A stretch of 64,000 nt of DNA. It comes from Candidatus Aenigmatarchaeota archaeon (GTDB taxonomy: Archaea > Aenigmatarchaeota > Aenigmatarchaeia > JACPZZ01). The notes below the pieces were generated by a model that made no database searches, was not told where the DNA came from, and saw only the letters and a list, made by a program, of their open reading frames with translations. Numbering within the stretch: position 1 is the stretch's first letter; the number at the start of each line of letters is the position of its first letter. Position numbers and translations under genes: made by a program. Below are positions 58,156-64,000 of this stretch, piece by piece. The stretch spans positions 57,522 through 121,521 of the forward strand of contig JACQNZ010000004.1 in the NCBI GenBank assembly GCA_016202815.1. Reading direction: 5' to 3'.

Positions 58156-59129
58156 GTTATTTCAACTTCGTCAACGCGCCATTTCGGTTTTATGTCAACA
58201 CTTCCGATTTTATTTGTACGGATTTTTTCGAACAACAGACCGGTCCAGGCTATATTCGCTCCGCAGTCGCCGGCGTATTCTTTCGGAACCGAAAAACATT
58301 TTGCGCCGCGCTCTTCGCACATTACGGCCATCATTTCACGGAACCTTTGCGACGAAGCGACGCCGCCGATCAAAAGTATTTCGTTCTTGCCTGCATGAGC
58401 CAAGGCGCGTTCCGTGACTTCCGTTAGCATGGAATACATCACTTCGTTCAACGAAAAAATTACGTCTTCCATTTTTTCGGTTTTTATTTTTTTCAACGCC
58501 GCCGTGACGATACCCGTAAAGCTAACGTCCATGCCTTTAACGACGTACGGCAGATCAGTCCACCTACCGCGTTTTGCTATCTCATCAAGCTTCGGGCCGC
58601 CCGGAAATTGCAGGCCTGTCTTGCGCGCGAAAAAGTCTTGTGCGTTTCCAATCGGGATGTCCAGCGTTTCGCCGAGCACGCGGTAGCGTTTGTTTGCAAG
58701 AGAAACGATTTGCGTGTTGCCGCCGCTGATATACAGGCAGACAGGGTCTTTTGCGTTTGTCGTTAATTTTCCTATTTCTATGTGGGCTATGGCATGATTA
58801 ACAGGTATTAACGGTTTGTCATTATTTGTTGCCAGTTTCTTTGCAAATTCCATTCCCGCCAATAAGCATGGAGCGAGCCCGGGGCCGGCTGCGACGGAAA
58901 TTAAATCGACATCGGAGATTTTAGTATTTGCTGTTTTTAGCGCATTTTCTAAAACTTTTTCCGCAATTTCCCTGTGGTGACGGGCAGCTTTCGACGGCTC
59001 GATCCCCGAGCCTTTCGGCGGCGTGAAAACGTCTTTTTCATTGGCTAGAATATTTCCACCATTGTTGGCGATGCCGACGCCGAACGTATGGCTAGTCGAT
59101 TCTATCCCGAGGCAAATCCTTTCAACCAT
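58149..59129 (-). CDS. kae1: tRNA N6-adenosine threonylcarbamoyltransferase Kae1
   Basis: N-terminal ICLGIESTSHTFGVGI, metal-binding HAIAHIE region and C-terminal GGVASSQRFRE block typical of Kae1/TsaD. Confidence 0.85.
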   Translation of the reverse strand: MVERICLGIESTSHTFGVGIANNGGNILANEKDVFTPPKGSGIEPSKAARHHREIAEKVLENALKTANTKISDVDLISVAAGPGLAPCLLAGMEFAKKLATNNDKPLIPVNHAIAHIEIGKLTTNAKDPVCLYISGGNTQIVSLANKRYRVLGETLDIPIGNAQDFFARKTGLQFPGGPKLDEIAKRGRWTDLPYVVKGMDVSFTGIVTAALKKIKTEKMEDVIFSLNEVMYSMLTEVTERALAHAGKNEILLIGGVASSQRFREMMAVMCEERGAKCFSVPKEYAGDCGANIAWTGLLFEKIRTNKIGSVDIKPKWRVDEVEITY

Positions 59130-59164
59130 AAAGTTAAATCGTTTTGTCCAGAGATTAATGCTTT

Positions 59165-59779
59165 ATGAGGGTTTACGAAAATAAGATCAGGATATCCAGG
59201 CTCTACGATCTGCCCAGGAGAATGCGGCAGCCGTTGCTGGGTGCGTGCGACGCCGCGAGGAAATGGGGCCAGGCCGGTTACGGCGAATCTACGGTTTTCA
59301 GCGTAATAGTCAATGACAAGAGAAACAGCGGATATGTTGCAGTAAAAGGGAGCGGTGTAGAAAGAAGGCTGCAGATTTTATTGCGCGCCGAACTTGTCAA
59401 CAGCACCAGGTCGTGGAAAATTTATTTCGGCGTAGACCATGAAACAAGGCCGTACCCTGATTTCATTGATCCCAATTTTTTGGCGGCCTCCGCGGTGGAT
59501 CCGCATCTGGCCGGCTATGGTATGGTGGTTCCGGTGAGAAGAGTCACGCCGAGAAGGCTTTATGTGGTCCCAAGCCCCGACCGAGGCTATTTGCAGGAAG
59601 CGTCCTTTGAAATGGACGCTCTCTGGGAAGCCGAGGATTTGCTTCCGAAGGCGCGTTTTGTGGTTACGCAGAAAAGCGGGGAAAGCGATGTCGTGTCGGA
59701 TATAGTGGGCAAGGACAGGCTTATCATGCTGGGAAGCGCCCTCCTAGCGCAGAAAGGGCAATTGGAAGAACTTTACTAG
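59165..59779 (+). CDS. Hypothetical protein
   Basis: 204 aa ORF. Confidence 0.35.
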   Translation: MRVYENKIRISRLYDLPRRMRQPLLGACDAARKWGQAGYGESTVFSVIVNDKRNSGYVAVKGSGVERRLQILLRAELVNSTRSWKIYFGVDHETRPYPDFIDPNFLAASAVDPHLAGYGMVVPVRRVTPRRLYVVPSPDRGYLQEASFEMDALWEAEDLLPKARFVVTQKSGESDVVSDIVGKDRLIMLGSALLAQKGQLEELY

Positions 59780-59797
59780 GTTAGTTAATTTCTATAG

Positions 59798-60400
59798 TTA
59801 TTTTTTTAAATGCGCTTCCAGCCTGCTTCTAAATTCGGCTGGTATATCAGTTTCTTCATCAACGTAAAGATTGCTTATGTAATGTACGAACCCAAGAACA
59901 TTTCTGACCAACGCGCCGCGCAGATCCAGATCTACGAGCTCGTTGCCTTCGGTATAACCGAATGAGACAACGTCGATCTGGGCGTCCCTTAGGATTAAAC
60001 TCATGCGATACGGCTTATTAGCCGGTTCGCCTCTTCGACGTGCTAAACTCGGATAATCCTTCAGGAGTTCCAGCGTAAGTTCGTTCACATGCGAGGCTGA
60101 AAGGTCGACCAAACCGGTTTGCTTGTTTCCAAGGACCAGATAAGGTGTGTCAATGCCTTGCGCGTGCAATCTTGCCGTTTCCAATTCACGCAGGTCCACT
60201 TGCCCGGGTATTTTGGATCCCGCAAAAATTGCCATTTTAGCCGAAGAGCCTTTGGCGGCGACCAAACCGCCTTTCGGAACATAAACGCCCGACATTATCA
60301 GGGTTTCATACTGTCCGCCAATAATCAAGCCGTCTTCTTCAATTGTGGCGTTGGTAAAAATATATGCATTGTTGTCACCAGGGCTTATCGTCTTTGGCAT
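59798..60400 (-). CDS. Hypothetical protein
   Basis: 200 aa ORF. Confidence 0.35.
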   Translation of the reverse strand: MPKTISPGDNNAYIFTNATIEEDGLIIGGQYETLIMSGVYVPKGGLVAAKGSSAKMAIFAGSKIPGQVDLRELETARLHAQGIDTPYLVLGNKQTGLVDLSASHVNELTLELLKDYPSLARRRGEPANKPYRMSLILRDAQIDVVSFGYTEGNELVDLDLRGALVRNVLGFVHYISNLYVDEETDIPAEFRSRLEAHLKK

Positions 60401-60453
60401 TCTATCCAGATGACTAGTTAGTTATTTAAGCTATTAATCACACTTCTTTTAGA

Positions 60454-60864
60454 GTGATTTGGGTGAAAATCGTTATCTCTGAGCCAGCGACGAGAAAGGC
60501 TTACCAGCTTGAAATTGATAATACCAAAAGCGCCGCGCTCATAGGCAAAAAGATAAGCGAGGATTTTTCAGGCGATTTGATAGGGTTGAACGGTTACACG
60601 CTGAAAATAACCGGCGGCTCTGACAACGGCGGTTTCCCTATGAGGCCGGAAATACCCGGAAGCGCAAGGAGGGCCTTCCTTTTGAAAGGCGTTCCTGGAT
60701 TCCACCCGAGGATAAAAGGCCAGCAGAAAAGAAGGTTCGTTTGCGGCAACATGGTTTCGCAGTCAATTGCGCAGGTAAACGTCAAGGTAACGAAAGCTGG
60801 CGAAAAGAAGCTTGAGGAAATAATTCCGAAAACGGAGAAGAAAGAGGAAGCGCCGAAAAAATAA
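60454..60864 (+). CDS. rps6e: Ribosomal protein S6e
   Basis: ITGGSDNGGFPMRPEIPGSARRAFLLKGVPGFHPRIKGQQKRRFVCGNMV matches the eS6 core. Confidence 0.75.
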   Translation: MIWVKIVISEPATRKAYQLEIDNTKSAALIGKKISEDFSGDLIGLNGYTLKITGGSDNGGFPMRPEIPGSARRAFLLKGVPGFHPRIKGQQKRRFVCGNMVSQSIAQVNVKVTKAGEKKLEEIIPKTEKKEEAPKK

Positions 60865-60948
60865 GCCTTCTCTTTTTAAAAAAAGAGAATCCTTAAGGGA
60901 AGAGAAAAAAACTAGGAAAATCCTTAAGGGAAAAGAAAAACTTGTTGG

Positions 60949-62208
60949 ATGAGTGAATTTTATTTGATGAACGCAGTTGACGAAAAGTTAATACCCGAAG
61001 CGAGCATAGGTACTGTCGGGCACGTCGAACATGGAAAAACGACGCTGTCGCAGGCGTTGAGCGGCAAATGGACCGGGACGCACTCCGAGGAACAAAAACG
61101 CGGGCTGACCATAAAATTAGGTTATGCCGACGTGACTGTTTACAGGTGTGAAAAATGCGAAGGCTTTGAAGCTTATTCAACATCGCCGAAATGTTTAAAA
61201 CATCTTTCTGAATCAATCGCATTGCGCACGATAAGCCTGGTCGATGCGCCGGGGCACGAGACGCTGATGGCTACTGTGTTGGCCGGCGCGGCGCTAATGG
61301 ATGGCGCCTTGTTCGTCATCGCCGCGAACCAGAAATGCCCGCAACCGCAAACCAGGGAGCATCTGATGGCGCTAAACATAACGGGCGTTGAAAAAATCGT
61401 CATTGTGCAAAATAAAATCGATGCTGTCCCGCCGGAGAAAGTGAAGGAAAATTACGATCAGATAAAAAATTTCGTTTCAGGCACGGTTGCGGAAAAAGCG
61501 CCGATAATCCCGGTAAGCGCGCAGCAGCGGATAAACCTTGACGCGCTGATAGCCACCATAGAACAGGAGATCCCGACGCCGAAGCGCGACCCGAAGAAAA
61601 ACCCGAAGATGCTGGTCGTCCGCACGTTTGACGTGAACAAGCCTGGGTTTGTTCCGGGCAAATTGTCCGGCGGAGTTTTGGGCGGTTCCTTATTGCAGGG
61701 CGAGTTCAAGATCGGCGACGAAATCGAGATACGGCCGGGACTAAAAATAGAACGCGAGAACAAAATATTCTGGGAGCCGTTGTTTACGAAGATATCCGGC
61801 TTGCATAAGCGCAACATGTCGCTGGATAAGGCAGGGCCAGGCGGGCTGGTCGGGCTGATGACCGAGCTTGATCCGGCATTGACAAAAGCGGACTCGTTGG
61901 CTGGTTCTGTTGTCGGATACCCGGGCAAGTTGCCTTCGGTATTGCACAAATTGCACATTGAAACGGACCTGATGGAAACGATAATCGGAGCCGAAGAATC
62001 CATAAAAGTGGATAACATACGCACGAACGAGCCGTTGATGCTGACTATCGGGACGAGCCGCACTGTAGGCGTTGTGACGTCGGCGCGCAAGGACGATTTT
62101 GAGATATCATTAAAGCTGCCTGTATGCGTGGAGAAAGGCAATCGCGTCGCGATTTCACGGCAAATAGCGAATCGTTGGAGATTAATCGGGTCCGGGCTGA
62201 TAAAGTAA
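60949..62208 (+). CDS. Translation initiation factor 2 gamma subunit (aIF2 gamma)
   Basis: GTPase G1 GHVEHGKTTL, zinc knuckle CEKCEG...C, G3 DAPGHE, G4 QNKID and EF-Tu-like C-terminal domains. Confidence 0.9.
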   Translation: MSEFYLMNAVDEKLIPEASIGTVGHVEHGKTTLSQALSGKWTGTHSEEQKRGLTIKLGYADVTVYRCEKCEGFEAYSTSPKCLKHLSESIALRTISLVDAPGHETLMATVLAGAALMDGALFVIAANQKCPQPQTREHLMALNITGVEKIVIVQNKIDAVPPEKVKENYDQIKNFVSGTVAEKAPIIPVSAQQRINLDALIATIEQEIPTPKRDPKKNPKMLVVRTFDVNKPGFVPGKLSGGVLGGSLLQGEFKIGDEIEIRPGLKIERENKIFWEPLFTKISGLHKRNMSLDKAGPGGLVGLMTELDPALTKADSLAGSVVGYPGKLPSVLHKLHIETDLMETIIGAEESIKVDNIRTNEPLMLTIGTSRTVGVVTSARKDDFEISLKLPVCVEKGNRVAISRQIANRWRLIGSGLIK

Positions 62209-62234
62209 GCTTTTTGACTAGAAAACTTAATAGT

Positions 62235-62248
62235 GGAAGTTTCCTACA
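62235..62248. promoter_or_regulatory. Half-site copy GGAAGTTTCCTACA of the palindrome family
   Basis: Shares GAAGTTTCCTACA with the 41973-41996 copy; lies about 45 bp upstream of the 62291 ORF. Confidence 0.35.
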
Positions 62249-62290
62249 TCACAGAATAGCTTTAATAAGCTTTGGCATTATTTCTGGTTC

Positions 62291-62830
62291 ATGACGACTG
62301 GTGTTTTGGAAAGGCCTGCTGTTACCGAGTTGTACGCAGAAACAGAGGCGGTTGCAAGGCTGACAAGCGTTGCGGGCGGGATCCAGGACCATTCCATAAC
62401 GGTCATAGAAAACCCTTCTGTCCATGGATTTACAGGCTTCCTTCTTTCAGAACGTTTAACCAGAGGCCACGACGAATTGATACCACAGAGGGTGATCCAT
62501 TACAGGGTTGATGCGGGCAACAGGCCCAGCAGCACGGGCGTTTATCCCTGGGTCCGTATCAGGAAAGGATTTGATGGGGGCAGTTACAATTTTGTACAGG
62601 CAGAGCAGTTTGTTTTGCCGAACCCGAGCAAAAGATTGTACGAGGTGCGCTTCATAACACCCGGAGATTTTTTCTCGGTCAGGGAGATGCTGGGCGGCGG
62701 CATAGGCACTGCGCAAAAAGGCGTTGAGCGGATTTACGAGCTTGTGGCGGAAAGGTCCAGCATATTTAGCGTGGACGGCAGAAAACTGAGAATGCCGGAG
62801 GATTATGCTTCCTTCAGGGTTGGTCGTTGA
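62291..62830 (+). CDS. Hypothetical protein
   Basis: 179 aa ORF. Confidence 0.35.
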   Translation: MTTGVLERPAVTELYAETEAVARLTSVAGGIQDHSITVIENPSVHGFTGFLLSERLTRGHDELIPQRVIHYRVDAGNRPSSTGVYPWVRIRKGFDGGSYNFVQAEQFVLPNPSKRLYEVRFITPGDFFSVREMLGGGIGTAQKGVERIYELVAERSSIFSVDGRKLRMPEDYASFRVGR

Positions 62831-63827
62831 GATGTTATACAGAATTGACGATTCGAAAATGCCCATACGTTTAGGCTCGGCGCTGCGCGTGCCAAGCTAT
62901 GCTTACGAAGCGTGGGGTATCAGAGGCGATCCTGCTGAGCTGAGAAAATTAAGCGAAGAGGCTTATACAGTCGAATGGGAAAACGGTTCACCGAGACAGA
63001 TGCAGTACGTGTCTGATGCGATGAAACGCGCGGGTTACGGCGATTTCCCGCAGATGCTGCGAGAGGCTAATGCAGGGGAAGTGGCCAGGTTAGTTAGAGC
63101 GCGTAAAGGTCCTGTTAATATTTGCGATGTCGGAGCCGGATTAAGCACAGTAACTATTTTCGACGGTTTGGACGATAATGACAAAAATAGGGTTTGGATT
63201 ACAATGATTGAGCCTTCCCGGGATAGATTAATGTCCGCTGCCGAAACTCTGCAGAGAAAAGGTTTTCGCAATTACACGCCGGTTGTCGGAACTGATATGC
63301 AAAAATTAGCAGAGACTCCGTGGGGTTCGAAACCTCACGTGGTCAGTTATGTAGCTGCGATCCATCACCATTCCGATTTGGAGCCGCCTATAAAACTCGT
63401 TTACGATGTACTTGCCGATGACGGGCATCTTGTGGTAGCGGACTGGCACAACCCGATGTGGGAACATCCTAACAGGGTTTACGGATTTCTAAAAACACTT
63501 GACTGGAAAACAAAAGACCGCGATATGGGCGCTTTCGTTGAAATGTTTCCTAATGCTATTGTTGATGCGCCGTTAATCCGAGATCCATACGAAGCGCGTG
63601 CGATGCGCATGATTCAAAGTTTCTGGAAAGGCTGGGGGTTGGTTAGAACCGATGCAATAAAACGCGGCGAATTCGAACCGCGCGACGACATTTTCATGCT
63701 TGAAGGCCACAGGACTCTGCGAATGCAAAGGCGTGATGCGGTTAAATCAGGCTTTGTACCGGAAAAGGAAGAACAGCTTCTTGAAGACTCAAGTTTGCTG
63801 GTTGTAAGCAGCTACCGAAAGATTTGA
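62805..63827 (+). CDS. Class I SAM-dependent methyltransferase
   Basis: Motif I ICDVGAGLS and overall Rossmann-like pattern. Confidence 0.55.
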   Translation: MLPSGLVVEMLYRIDDSKMPIRLGSALRVPSYAYEAWGIRGDPAELRKLSEEAYTVEWENGSPRQMQYVSDAMKRAGYGDFPQMLREANAGEVARLVRARKGPVNICDVGAGLSTVTIFDGLDDNDKNRVWITMIEPSRDRLMSAAETLQRKGFRNYTPVVGTDMQKLAETPWGSKPHVVSYVAAIHHHSDLEPPIKLVYDVLADDGHLVVADWHNPMWEHPNRVYGFLKTLDWKTKDRDMGAFVEMFPNAIVDAPLIRDPYEARAMRMIQSFWKGWGLVRTDAIKRGEFEPRDDIFMLEGHRTLRMQRRDAVKSGFVPEKEEQLLEDSSLLVVSSYRKI

Positions 63828-64000
63828 ATTCAGGTTTTTAAATCAGCCGCCTTAATAATTAATCGGTTGCATGAAGAACGAAGTCGTTTCCGTAGCCTAC
63901 CCGACAATACCAATAGTGTTTCTTGGAGGCATAAGGCCTGACCGCAGGCCAATCTACAATACGATGGGGCTGGCCGTAACAGACCTCGAAGAAAATGTCA

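Overview
This 64 kb window looks archaeal: it encodes archaeal-type PEP carboxylase, aIF2 beta and gamma, ribosomal protein S6e, FtsZ, an RFC-like clamp loader, ATP-dependent DNA ligase, type IA topoisomerase, Kae1 and Sua5, ThyX and SHMT. Proteins are small and many are lineage-specific, which suggests a small-genome archaeon such as a DPANN-like lineage (inference). All calls are from reading the sequence and ORF translations by eye; no searches were run. The left 6.6 kb is a markedly AT-rich mobile element with casposon hallmarks: a Cas1-family casposase, a compact family B DNA polymerase (truncated by the window edge), an HNH endonuclease and HTH proteins, abutting the 3' end of an intron-containing tRNA-Pro(CGG) candidate; no CRISPR array is present. 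A second AT-rich island (about 18.8-26.7 kb) carries a tightly packed Cas4-like Fe-S nuclease / MazG-like NTP pyrophosphatase / PD-(D/E)xK-SF1 helicase cassette, a RelE/ParE-type toxin-antitoxin pair, and a 4.1 kb segment bounded by poly-C direct repeats that holds an IS4/IS5-like transposase and an uncharacterised three-gene operon. The rest is host core with several notable non-coding patterns: a roughly 46 bp double-palindrome element present between genes and apparently in frame inside the sua5/tsaC gene, palindrome arrays upstream of ftsZ, nested inverted repeats near 48.9 kb, and a structured GC-rich non-coding stretch at 26.75-27.04 kb. A paralogous family of uncharacterised helical proteins has at least three members (a possible fourth at 57535..58155), a HicB-like gene is split at an A7 tract, and the DNA ligase start is ambiguous.
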